A DNA stretch of 19,971 nt from Armatimonadota bacterium. GTDB lineage: Bacteria > Vulcanimicrobiota > JACPDS01 > JBDRKI01. Each line of letters starts with the position of its first letter. Within the stretch, counting starts at the first letter, position 1. The translations under genes and the position numbers were made by a program. Shown here in pieces: positions 1-8,413 of this stretch. Below the pieces are notes generated by a model that saw only the letters and a list, made by a program, of their open reading frames with translations, did not search any database and was not told where the DNA came from. The stretch lies in contig JBDRKI010000027.1 in NCBI GenBank assembly GCA_043814095.1, forward strand, positions 1-19,971, written 5' to 3'.

Positions 1-140
1 TCAATAACAAAATTAAAAGACTTAAGCGCATGGCGTACGGCTATAAAGACATTTATTATTTTAGGTTAAAAATCCACCAACATTGCGGGCTTTTAAATCC
101 TAGATTTGTAACTTAATTGCAACTTATTTACGAAAGAACC
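1..140 (+). mobile_element. Right end of an ISL3-family insertion sequence (truncated by the window edge)
   Basis: Transposase C-terminus at 3-116 is followed by a short tail ending ...CGAAAGAACC at 140, whose reverse complement GGTTCT resembles ISL3 termini (GG(C/T)TCT). The adjacent AT-rich 8-mer ATATTATT (141-148) is a candidate target-site duplication. Confidence 0.8.
3..116 (+). CDS. ISL3-family transposase, C-terminal fragment (5'-partial; absent from the ORF track)
   Basis: Manual translation NNKIKRLKRMAYGYKDIYYFRLKIHQHCGLLNPRFVT* matches the ISL3 C-terminal signature (E)GxNNKIKxIKRxAYGFRNxxYFRLKI. Confidence 0.88.
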   Translation, partial: NNKIKRLKRMAYGYKDIYYFRLKIHQHCGLLNPRFVT

Positions 141-143
141 ATA

Positions 144-1235
144 TTATTTAGAGGGTTTTGCCGAAAAATATCCGCAGAAGCGGTCTCCTCTGGAAGTTTC
201 TATTATATAGCTGCCTTTTAAAATTAATTCAGTTTTACCTGTTTTAAAATTAGATTGTTCAACAAAACTAGCTTTCCAGATACCCCTTATTTTTCCAGGA
301 GATAAAGACCTGTTTATGGTAGTAAAGCTGTAATTACCCGTAATATCTCCTTTTAAGGTATTGGTTGTGGGATCATAAGCGCCGTTCCATGTGCCTTTCA
401 AGGGGCCGTAATCCTTGTTTACGTAAAAAGTGCCCCAGTGTTTTCCTGAAACAGTGCTGCCTGAAATGTTAAGAATAATTTGCCCCATTACAGAAGAGGT
501 AGATGTCTTTCCTTTATAAGTTCCATTAAATTTTACCGAGCTGAGCTGAAGCTGTTCTTTTTTTCCGATGTCTTTATATTTTTCTAAAATCTGCTTCATG
601 CGCTCATTTAAAGGCTCTATTTTTTCAATCATATCAAGAAGCCTGTTATAGACTGACAGCATACGCCGGTATTCTTTACGGTTGTATTTCATCATATCGG
701 GAAGATCATTTATATTTTTTATGTCATTTTCCAGGATTTTTGCATCTTTTTTTTCTTCAGAGAAATCTAAGTCCTGTATGCTTGGTTTTCCAATTCTTCT
801 TGCCCACTTTGTCATGGCTTTCCCTACATTAGTGATAATCCTGCTTTCATTTTTCAACCGTCCCTCGGTCATATCCATATAATCATTCTGGAGTTTGGTT
901 AGATAAGCTTTAACAGTGGCTTTATCGATTTCTAAAGATGCTATACGGACAAATACAGGATTTAAAAGAATAATTTCTACCGTATAATTAGGATCAGATT
1001 TTCTTTTTTCTTTTATCTCCATAGAAATATTATGAAGGCACTGTTCAAGGGATTCAATATTTTTTTTGGCTTTTTCGAATCCTTTATTCCAGTCAGGGAG
1101 TTCGTTGACATTATCATGGATAGCATCAGTATAGCGGTCAACTTCAAATTGATATTCAAAAGCCAAAGATGCCTGTGCCAGTACTATAAACATAAGACCC
1201 AGTATTAGAAAAATATTAAAGAATCTTTTAATCAT
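144..1235 (-). CDS. Hypothetical exported protein: signal peptide, helical/coiled-coil N-half, Gly/Thr-rich beta-strand C-terminal domain
   Basis: 363-aa ORF with N-terminus MIKRFF-hydrophobic-ASLA (Sec-type signal) and a G-rich RBS upstream. It lies 21 bp downstream of usp. No family recognised. Confidence 0.7.
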   Translation of the reverse strand: MIKRFFNIFLILGLMFIVLAQASLAFEYQFEVDRYTDAIHDNVNELPDWNKGFEKAKKNIESLEQCLHNISMEIKEKRKSDPNYTVEIILLNPVFVRIASLEIDKATVKAYLTKLQNDYMDMTEGRLKNESRIITNVGKAMTKWARRIGKPSIQDLDFSEEKKDAKILENDIKNINDLPDMMKYNRKEYRRMLSVYNRLLDMIEKIEPLNERMKQILEKYKDIGKKEQLQLSSVKFNGTYKGKTSTSSVMGQIILNISGSTVSGKHWGTFYVNKDYGPLKGTWNGAYDPTTNTLKGDITGNYSFTTINRSLSPGKIRGIWKASFVEQSNFKTGKTELILKGSYIIETSRGDRFCGYFSAKPSK

Positions 1236-1256
1236 TTAAGCCCCCCGGGCATCTGT

Positions 1257-1703
1257 TTACTTCACTACCAGTACAGGGCAATGGGCTATATGCAGGACCC
1301 TGTCGCTTATGCTTCCCAGGAAGAGGCTTTTAATCTCGCTTAAGCCCCTGTTTCCTATAATAATTAAATCATAGCCGTTATTAGCCGCGTAAGACGCGAT
1401 AGCTTCCGCGGGATGGCCGTATTCAAAATGGGTGTCAACTTTAATTTTGGAGCCTTTAAAAACTTCAAGGGTGTTATCAATGGCTTTTTCACCGGCTTGT
1501 TTTATTCTTTCTTCAACCTGTTTAGGAAGGATATCGTCTTCCGCCATAGAAGGATGGTAATTCATCAGGTCCATTATAGGGACCGGTCCGGCGGTTAATA
1601 TAGTAACAGAAGCTTTTGTCTGGCCGGCAAGTTGGAGCGCATATTGAGCGGCCTTAAGGGAAGAAGCTGAGCCGTCAGTGGCAAGTAATATTTTTTTAAT
1701 CAT
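1257..1703 (-). CDS. Universal stress protein (UspA family)
   Basis: KKILLATDGS start, GHPAEAI, DLIIIGNRGLSEIKSLFLGSIS (G-x2-G-x9-GS ATP-binding motif) and AHCPVLVVK end. RBS AAGGAGG. Confidence 0.95.
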   Translation of the reverse strand: MIKKILLATDGSASSLKAAQYALQLAGQTKASVTILTAGPVPIMDLMNYHPSMAEDDILPKQVEERIKQAGEKAIDNTLEVFKGSKIKVDTHFEYGHPAEAIASYAANNGYDLIIIGNRGLSEIKSLFLGSISDRVLHIAHCPVLVVK

Positions 1704-1730
1704 AAGTCGCCTCCTTACTGATAGATAAAA

Positions 1731-1758
1731 ATTCTTTAAAAGGAAGGATTAATCCTTC
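1731..1758 (-). promoter_or_regulatory. Putative sigmaH-like promoter for usp
   Basis: The minus strand reads GAAGGATTA-N12-AAAGAAT, matching the Bacillus SigH consensus RNAGGAWWW-N11-12-RNNGAAT, about 15 nt upstream of the usp RBS. Confidence 0.45.
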
Positions 1759-1759
1759 C
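1742..1759. repeat. Perfect 18-bp palindrome GGAAGGATTAATCCTTCC in the usp/dnaG divergent intergenic region
   Basis: Directly visible self-reverse-complementary sequence that abuts the dnaG RBS (GGAG 1760-1763). Confidence 0.9.
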
Positions 1760-1769
1760 GGAGATTTTC

Positions 1770-3509
1770 ATGAGAATATCCGAACACAAAATAGAGCAGA
1801 TACTGCAGAGTGCCGATATAATATCGGTTATCGGCGAATATGTCTCATTAAGGCCGAAAGGCAGGAATTATCAGGGATTATGCCCTTTCCACAGCGAGAA
1901 AACCCCTTCTTTTACGGTCAGTTCGGAGAAAAATATATGGCACTGTTTCGGCTGCGGCACGGGCGGGAACCTGCTTCACTTTCTTATGAAAGCAGAGAAT
2001 GTGTCTTTTCCGGAATCTGTTAAACTTCTTGCCGACCGCTGCGGTATAAAGCTGGATTTTGACAAAAAAGAAAAAGAAAAAGAAGATATTTATGATAAAC
2101 TGTTAAAAGTTCTGGAAAAAACTTCTCTTTTTTATCATGAAAATTTATTAGACAAACCCGAAGGGAAAAGAGCGCTTGATTACCTTTATAAAAGAAAGAT
2201 AAGCGCTGAATCCATAAAAAAGTTTAAGCTCGGGCTGGCTCCGGATTATCCGGACAGATTATATAAATACATAAAAGAAAATAATTTGTCCGTTAGTGAC
2301 GCTTCTTCCGCGGGCCTTATAAGGAAGAATGACAATGCCGGTGTTTTTAACGATTATTTCAGAGCCAGGGTGGTTTTTCCTATTTTTGACTACAGGAGCA
2401 GGGTTATAGGGTTCGGAGGCAGGACTCTTACGGGGAGCGCCGCGAAGTTTTTAAATTCACCCGAATCCCCGCTATTTCTAAAAAGAAGAAACCTTTATCT
2501 TCTTAATTTTGCCAGAAGCCATATTTCAAAAAAAGATTATACTATTGTCGTGGAAGGATATTTTGACGCGATTATTATGCACCAGTTCGGATTTATGAAT
2601 ACAGTCGCGTCCCTGGGTACAGCTTTAAGCAGGGAGCAGGCAGGCGTTTTATCAAAATATTCAAAAAATATAGTTCTGGCAATGGATCCAGATGAAGCCG
2701 GAGAGAAAGCCGCGGATAGAGCCATAGAAATATTCGAGGATGCGGGCTTAAATGTTAAAATACTGGTTCTTCCCCGTGGTTTTGATCCTGACCTTTTTTT
2801 GCGCGAAAAGGGCGTTAAAGAGTTTAAAGCCGGACTTTTAAAATCATCAAATATTATCGATTTTAGGATGATTTTGGGCTCTAAAAAATATAATTTAAGT
2901 ACGCCAGAAGGAAAAGTCGACTTTATTAGAGAAATTATGCTTTCGGTTCATAAAATAAAAGAGCCTGTAAAAAGAGATGAGTATATAAAAAAAATTGCGG
3001 CTTTTGTTAAGGTAAGGGAAGAGGTAATAAGGTCTTATACTAAAGCGGAAGAAAAAGTAAGTAGGGGGCAGGCTCTAAAATTATTTAAGATACCGGAGCT
3101 TGAAGAAAGATTGCTTAAAGCAATCTTTTTAAATCCCGCTTATATTGAGCGGGTAAGAACCGAGCTGGGTAATAATTTTGAGGATTTGAAATTCAGCTGC
3201 TTGTTTGAAGTGGCCTGCGAAAAAGAATTTGAGGATCAGAAGGATTTAATAGAGCATATTAATTTGAAGATTAAAGACACGGGGCTTCTTTCGCTGGTAA
3301 GCAGGATAAGCATGGAAGAAGATTTTGAGCCCCTGTCAGAAGAGTTTGTAGAGGGTATTTTAAAGAAGATTAAAGACGAGCGCCTCAAGATTATTCTTGA
3401 GAACCTGGAAAAAGAGATCTCCGAACTTATAACCAAAGGCGAGATTAACAGTAAAGATGATAAGTTTCAGGAGTACCAGAGGCTTGTAAAATATTTTAGA
3501 AGCAGATAA
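1770..3509 (+). CDS. dnaG: DNA primase
   Basis: CHC2 zinc finger (CPFH...CFGC), FGGR, KFLNSPES, TOPRIM motifs VVEGYFD and DPDEAG, DPD. Located directly upstream of rpoD. Confidence 0.98.
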   Translation: MRISEHKIEQILQSADIISVIGEYVSLRPKGRNYQGLCPFHSEKTPSFTVSSEKNIWHCFGCGTGGNLLHFLMKAENVSFPESVKLLADRCGIKLDFDKKEKEKEDIYDKLLKVLEKTSLFYHENLLDKPEGKRALDYLYKRKISAESIKKFKLGLAPDYPDRLYKYIKENNLSVSDASSAGLIRKNDNAGVFNDYFRARVVFPIFDYRSRVIGFGGRTLTGSAAKFLNSPESPLFLKRRNLYLLNFARSHISKKDYTIVVEGYFDAIIMHQFGFMNTVASLGTALSREQAGVLSKYSKNIVLAMDPDEAGEKAADRAIEIFEDAGLNVKILVLPRGFDPDLFLREKGVKEFKAGLLKSSNIIDFRMILGSKKYNLSTPEGKVDFIREIMLSVHKIKEPVKRDEYIKKIAAFVKVREEVIRSYTKAEEKVSRGQALKLFKIPELEERLLKAIFLNPAYIERVRTELGNNFEDLKFSCLFEVACEKEFEDQKDLIEHINLKIKDTGLLSLVSRISMEEDFEPLSEEFVEGILKKIKDERLKIILENLEKEISELITKGEINSKDDKFQEYQRLVKYFRSR

Positions 3510-3528
3510 CTGAAAGGAACCTCAAATA

Positions 3529-4713
3529 ATGGATCTTAATGAAGAAGTACTCGGTCAAATAAAGAAACTGATAAAAGAAGGCAAGAAAAAGGGGTCTCTT
3601 ACATATGAAGAGATCAGTTCCGTATTTGGCGACAGGGAAGACATCACCCCCGAACAGGTAGATGAAATACTGGAAAAGTTTATTAATGAAGGCATTGAAA
3701 TAATAGATGAAGGTTCCGAAATTACCCCTGAAGAGGTAGAAGAGGCCGAAGAAGTTTTAGTTTCCGAAGGCGTTCCTTATGATGATCCGGTAAGGATGTA
3801 TTTAAAAGAGATAGGCAGGGTGGACCTTTTAATCTCAGAGCAGGAAGTAGATCTGGCTCAAAAAATTGAGCGCGGGGACGAAGAAGCGAAAAAACAGCTC
3901 ATAGAAGCTAATTTAAGGCTTGTAGTAAGCATCGCGAAAAAATATGTAAGCAGGGGAATGCTTTTCCTTGATCTTATACAGGAAGGTAATCTCGGCCTTA
4001 TAAGGGCTGTTGAGAAATTCAATTACCGCAAGGGTTATAAATTCAGCACATACGCAACATGGTGGATAAGACAGGCAATAACCCGCGCCTTAGCCGATCA
4101 GGCAAGAACCATAAGAATCCCGGTGCACATGGTAGAGACCATTAACCGCCTTATAAAAACATCAAGATCCCTTCTTCAGGAGCTGGGGAGAGACCCTGTT
4201 GTTGAAGAAATAGCCGAGAGAATGTTCCCTATTCTGCCGGAAGAAGTAACCGCGCAGATGAAGGAGCAGATGGGCAAGAACGCCCATATAACCAAAGATA
4301 TGCTTGAGACCGAGATAGATAAAAGAAAGAAACAGGGCGTAGACAGGGTAAGAGAGATAATGAAGGTTGCCCAGGAGCCCATATCTCTGGAGACTCCTAT
4401 CGGCGAGGAAGAAGATTCACACCTCGGCGATTTCATAGAGGACCATGACGCCACATCTCCCGCGGAGGCGGCTTCGGTTATGCTCCTTAAAGAGAAAATG
4501 GATGTTATTTTAGAACACCTTACTCCCCGCGAGAAAAAAGTTCTTCAGCTCCGTTTCGGACTTGAAGACGGACGTCCCAGGACGCTGGAAGAAGTGGGCA
4601 AAGATTTCGGCGTTACGCGCGAGAGGATAAGGCAGATTGAGGCAAAGGCCCTGCGCAAATTAAGGCACCCCGCCAGAAGTAAATGGCTTAAAGACTACTG
4701 GATGACCCAGTGA
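3529..4713 (+). CDS. rpoD: RNA polymerase primary sigma factor RpoD/SigA (with an insertion in region 3)
   Basis: Region 1.1, [12 protein letters not shown] (1.2), [39 protein letters not shown] (region 2), SLETPIG, TLEEVG...TRERIRQIE (region 4). Confidence 0.99.
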   Translation: MDLNEEVLGQIKKLIKEGKKKGSLTYEEISSVFGDREDITPEQVDEILEKFINEGIEIIDEGSEITPEEVEEAEEVLVSEGVPYDDPVRMYLKEIGRVDLLISEQEVDLAQKIERGDEEAKKQLIEANLRLVVSIAKKYVSRGMLFLDLIQEGNLGLIRAVEKFNYRKGYKFSTYATWWIRQAITRALADQARTIRIPVHMVETINRLIKTSRSLLQELGRDPVVEEIAERMFPILPEEVTAQMKEQMGKNAHITKDMLETEIDKRKKQGVDRVREIMKVAQEPISLETPIGEEEDSHLGDFIEDHDATSPAEAASVMLLKEKMDVILEHLTPREKKVLQLRFGLEDGRPRTLEEVGKDFGVTRERIRQIEAKALRKLRHPARSKWLKDYWMTQ

Positions 4714-4714
4714 G

Positions 4715-5455
4715 ATGTTTCCAGCCACGCATTTATATATTCTCAAGAAAATTTTAAAATATCCGGATGATTTAAACTGTTTAGGTTCGGTATTTCCCGA
4801 TGTGATGACTTCAAAGCGCATAAAATGGCATGAGAGCCATACCGGCGCTCTTTCTTTCTATAAAAGCCTCCCCGAGCATTTAAAAAAGAAATACATTGGA
4901 TTTTTTAAAGGATATTTTTCCCACGCGGTTGACACCAAAGGGGTGGATTATTACGGCGATAAAAAATATAAAAATTTTGATACGGGCTATTCTTTTGAGC
5001 TGGGAAAGAAAATTGAAGAGGATGCTTTGAATGTGTGCGGCGTAAGGAAAGAGGCCTCACTCTGGGCGGCGCATAATTTTATAGAGATGGGCGTGGAAAT
5101 CATCTTAACATCCGAAGATAAAACCTTATCTCCCCTGATTTATAATGCGGTGGAGAATGCCCCTCGGGAGATTATTAAGTTTACGGCACAGTATTTTAAG
5201 ACGGAAGAGAATATTGTAAAAGAATCCTTAGATAGGTTTTTATCCGTTATCCCGAGGGAGGCTCCGGATGAGGCTGTTTTGGCCTCAAAATATGCGAAGG
5301 TTCTTAAGGCGAGGCACGGTGTTGAAAAGGTTGATCTCAATGAAGTAAAGTCTTTAATTGTTGAAGCAAAAAACATAGTTAAAGGCAGTTATAAAGAATT
5401 TATAAGCTTTTGTGTGGATAATATATCAAAGTTTATAAATAATTTTAAAAGCTGA
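4715..5455 (+). CDS. Putative zinc-dependent phospholipase C / P1-nuclease-like metallohydrolase
   Basis: N-terminal M-x3-TH, LGSVFPD, GYFSHAVD and AHNFIEMGVE give the His/Asp/Glu pattern of the Zn_dep_PLPC-like fold. Starts 1 nt after the rpoD stop. Confidence 0.6.
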   Translation: MFPATHLYILKKILKYPDDLNCLGSVFPDVMTSKRIKWHESHTGALSFYKSLPEHLKKKYIGFFKGYFSHAVDTKGVDYYGDKKYKNFDTGYSFELGKKIEEDALNVCGVRKEASLWAAHNFIEMGVEIILTSEDKTLSPLIYNAVENAPREIIKFTAQYFKTEENIVKESLDRFLSVIPREAPDEAVLASKYAKVLKARHGVEKVDLNEVKSLIVEAKNIVKGSYKEFISFCVDNISKFINNFKS

Positions 5456-5475
5456 TACAATTAATATAAAAGGTG

Positions 5476-5504
5476 TTGACTTTTCCTTTCCGTGGAATTA
5501 TCAT
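5476..5504 (+). promoter_or_regulatory. Putative sigma70 promoter
   Basis: TTGACT-N17-TATCAT upstream of the gene at 5597. Confidence 0.6.
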
Positions 5505-5596
5505 ATATCAATAAGATAAAAAAGAAATATATCTGTATTATTTACGACTTATTCTTACGGGATAAAATATAATTTCGGCTTAAGGAGATGTTATAT

Positions 5597-6316
5597 ATGA
5601 AAAAATATGGAATCCTTACCCTTGTAATATTAATAATCTTTGCTTTTACCGTTGGGGTCTGTTTTTCTGAGGAAGTCGCCGCAAACACCGAGAATGATGC
5701 CGGCAAAAACAATCTTCTGGAAAACTGCGTGAAAAATATATCAAAAGTACAGACCCTTATTGAGTATTATTACCTGCAGTCGGGTATATATCCCGAGTCA
5801 CTGGATCAGCTGTATAAATCATATAATGTTTCACCGGATGAAACAGCGGAAGTTAAAAATAAGATTGAAATACCGAAAGATCCGGCTAGCGGTAAGGATT
5901 TTGTTTATAAAATTGATGAAGGGGAGACCTCTAATTATCATTTAATGGTGCCTGATCCCAAGCTTTACGGCGTTCCTAAGCTGGAGCTCTCCGCGTTAAA
6001 CTGGGGATGGATGAGCACTTATGCCGGCGAGGAAAGAAGAAAGATGGGCATTTCCATATGCGTTGATCTTTTAAAAAGACTGGCAACCGATGTGGAGCTT
6101 TATGCCCAGCAGAATGACGGCAAGTTTCCCGAGAACATAGATATCCTTATAAAAGAAAAATATGATTCACCCGAGGTTTTCTCATGTCCGGTATGTAAAG
6201 CAAAATACGTATATGAATTAAAAGATGATACTTATATAATTAAATGCCCCGACCCCAACAAACATAAATTAAAACAGCTGGAATATGATTATTTAAAGGG
6301 TGTCGTAGGGAAGTAA
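5597..6316 (+). CDS. Exported protein with two tandem GspG/pseudopilin-like globular repeats
   Basis: Start moved to ATG 5597 because RBS AAGGAG (5582-5587) abuts ATG 5588. Two repeats: CVKNISKVQTLIEYYYLQSGIYPESLDQL...IPKDPASGKDFVY and CVDLLKRLATDVELYAQQNDGKFPENIDIL...SCPVCKAKYVY, resembling the GspG L-x-x-Y-x3-G-x-YP...P-x-DP-x-G-x2-Y-x-Y pattern. Confidence 0.65.
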   Translation: MKKYGILTLVILIIFAFTVGVCFSEEVAANTENDAGKNNLLENCVKNISKVQTLIEYYYLQSGIYPESLDQLYKSYNVSPDETAEVKNKIEIPKDPASGKDFVYKIDEGETSNYHLMVPDPKLYGVPKLELSALNWGWMSTYAGEERRKMGISICVDLLKRLATDVELYAQQNDGKFPENIDILIKEKYDSPEVFSCPVCKAKYVYELKDDTYIIKCPDPNKHKLKQLEYDYLKGVVGK

Positions 6317-6360
6317 AAAAAAAACAAAATAAAAATATTGTATTTAAAATCCATCCGGTT

Positions 6361-7536
6361 TTACAGGGCGGATTTTTTCTTGAAAGGATTTATGAAATTA
6401 AGTATTTTCCTTTTTATCTTGTTGGACAGTCTTTCTATAAATACGGAATAGCTCATCTGTCCGTTTAATATCTTGTTTGCCTCTTCGGATACGCGCACAA
6501 GTCCTTCATAAGCTATGGAAGGGAATAAATAGGAAATGCGGGCCATCTTCTTCGCGTAAAGCAGCTCTTTCCCTATGATAGAATGGATGAGCCGCGTATA
6601 TTCCGAAAGACTCATCCTGCCGTGCAGGGCGCATTCAAGCACTTTTGCCGCGTTTATGCCGCTCATAACCGCGTATTTTATTCCTTCACCGCTTAATTTG
6701 TCTACAAGGCACGCCGCATCTCCCAAAAGAACCGTTCTTCCGGTGTTAAGAGTTCTGTGCCTGTCATAATAAGGATAATATCTTATAGCCGGTTTAAAGC
6801 CGGATGTGTCAAATTTTAAATATTCACAGAATTTTTTCAGTGCTTTTTTTAATTTTTCCGGTTTTTCATATCCGGCCACATAACCGCCCAGGGTGAAATG
6901 GTCAAATTTGGGTATTAACCCGAAATACCCCTTTTGCAGCCAGTTAAAATCCATATGGGTGCAGTTATGGTACCTGTTAAAGATATTTTTACTGAAATTA
7001 TCCGTTTCCCATACAAGGGATGACGCTGTTTTTATGCCCTTAAATTCTTTCGAAAAAAGCTTGCTCCTGACAATGGAATTTGCTCCGTCAGCTCCAATTA
7101 AAAATTTGCACCTGAAGGTTTTTCCGCTCTTTGTTTTTACTTGGACATAATCATCAAATTCCTGTGCATCAAGGATAACTTCACCGGTGAAGCTTTTCGC
7201 GCCGACCTCAACCGCTTTTTTGTAAAGGAAAAAATCAAAATCGCTTCTGTCTACACCGTATAAAGCGGTTTCGTCAACTCTTGAATAAATGTCTTTGCCG
7301 CCTTTATACGTAAAATATACCGATCCTATGGGAACGCAGTTAATAGAGCCGAATATATCAAAGTCAAAAAGCTTGTTAAGGTATGCCGGGACCGCCCCAC
7401 CGCATACTTTATAGCGGGGCTGGGATTTTCTCTCTATAATTGCGACGGAATATCCCGCGCGCGCCAGATTCAAGGCCGCGGCTGACCCGGCAGGTCCTGA
7501 GCCTGCCGTTATGAAATGGAAAAAATTATCTTTCAT
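6361..7536 (-). CDS. Geranylgeranyl reductase-family FAD-dependent oxidoreductase
   Basis: GSGPAG Rossmann motif, ERKSQPRYKVCGG, RSDFD, LIGADGANS, LLGDAA, GEGIKYA. Confidence 0.9.
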   Translation of the reverse strand: MKDNFFHFITAGSGPAGSAAALNLARAGYSVAIIERKSQPRYKVCGGAVPAYLNKLFDFDIFGSINCVPIGSVYFTYKGGKDIYSRVDETALYGVDRSDFDFFLYKKAVEVGAKSFTGEVILDAQEFDDYVQVKTKSGKTFRCKFLIGADGANSIVRSKLFSKEFKGIKTASSLVWETDNFSKNIFNRYHNCTHMDFNWLQKGYFGLIPKFDHFTLGGYVAGYEKPEKLKKALKKFCEYLKFDTSGFKPAIRYYPYYDRHRTLNTGRTVLLGDAACLVDKLSGEGIKYAVMSGINAAKVLECALHGRMSLSEYTRLIHSIIGKELLYAKKMARISYLFPSIAYEGLVRVSEEANKILNGQMSYSVFIERLSNKIKRKILNFINPFKKKSAL

Positions 7537-7538
7537 AA

Positions 7539-8312
7539 TTAAAAATCACTGACTATCTCGATCAGATCGTTACTTATTTGTTTCGTAAGGTTTATAAATT
7601 TTATGCCGCAAAAATACTTATTATGCTGTTCTGAAAATTCCGCCCAGATAACTTTTCCCGTGCAGTAAACGGTTTTATTCCCGTTCTTCAGCTGTATGTA
7701 TAATAACTCGTTTACGGACAGATTTTCCTCTGATGCTATTTTAACCCCGCCCCTGCTTATGTCTACTGTGTAAACCACAGCCGTGTTTTCAGATAAGGTT
7801 TTATCCTGTTTAAACACCTGGTATATAACAGGTATGGTTTTATGCAGTCTTATATACTGCCTTTTATCACCAGCATCTTTTTCGGGCGGATTTATAAAGC
7901 GCAGTATCTTGTTTCTGTCTTCTGAAGATAAATTCTTGAAAATAACATGAGCAAGATAAATATCCTTTAACTTTGTCTGTTTTATGCTTGCGATATAACC
8001 TATTATGTTTAACTGGAGTTTATTTATAAGTATATTAAGCAGAAGTATCGTATTAATTTCAAGCTGTTTTTTAAATACTGCGTATATACCCCCCCCGTCA
8101 TTTAAAAAACTGAAGATTGTGCCGCATCCGCTGTATGAGGCCTCTTTATTCGTAGCCTGGAAATTGAAATTATAAGGGGTTGGGAGCATGAAAGAATCTT
8201 TAAAATCGGGTATATTTTTTAATTCCTGTATAATAACCGAGGCCCCGGAGTTATGCCCTTTTGAAGTTGAAAATTCTTCAGTGTCAATTGTGTTTAAATC
8301 TTGTTTATCCAT
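7539..8312 (-). CDS. PilZ-domain (c-di-GMP-binding) protein
   Basis: C-terminal domain with RQYIR (RxxxR) and DISRGG (D/N-x-S-x-x-G), GKVIW and GIKF. It is preceded by a degenerate PilZ-like segment. RBS GGAG. Confidence 0.85.
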   Translation of the reverse strand: MDKQDLNTIDTEEFSTSKGHNSGASVIIQELKNIPDFKDSFMLPTPYNFNFQATNKEASYSGCGTIFSFLNDGGGIYAVFKKQLEINTILLLNILINKLQLNIIGYIASIKQTKLKDIYLAHVIFKNLSSEDRNKILRFINPPEKDAGDKRQYIRLHKTIPVIYQVFKQDKTLSENTAVVYTVDISRGGVKIASEENLSVNELLYIQLKNGNKTVYCTGKVIWAEFSEQHNKYFCGIKFINLTKQISNDLIEIVSDF

Positions 8313-8396
8313 AAAAAGCTCCGTAAATAGTAATAAAAGCTTATTTCTATGATTTACTGTTTTACCCTGCTTTTAACATGGTAAAGGGTATAAAAA

Positions 8397-8413
8397 GTTA
8401 ACATTTTGTTAAC
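8397..8413. promoter_or_regulatory. Two GTTAAC hexamers at 11-bp phase; putative transcription-factor site
   Basis: GTTAAC-ATTTT-GTTAAC (8397-8402, 8408-8413) in the pilZ/orphan divergent intergenic region, the same motif as at 10947-10985. Confidence 0.65.

Noticed and set aside
4225-4338. RpoD insertion as an intein or intron
   Set aside because: It is only 38 in-frame codons, with no Cys/Ser start, no His-Asn end and no splicing motifs.
5588-5596. ORF-track start ATG 5588
   Set aside because: It has zero spacing from RBS AAGGAG. ATG 5597 has 9-nt spacing and gives a typical MKKY signal-peptide start.
6314-6360. A-rich tract between convergent genes as a terminator
   Set aside because: No GC-rich hairpin accompanies the A/T run.
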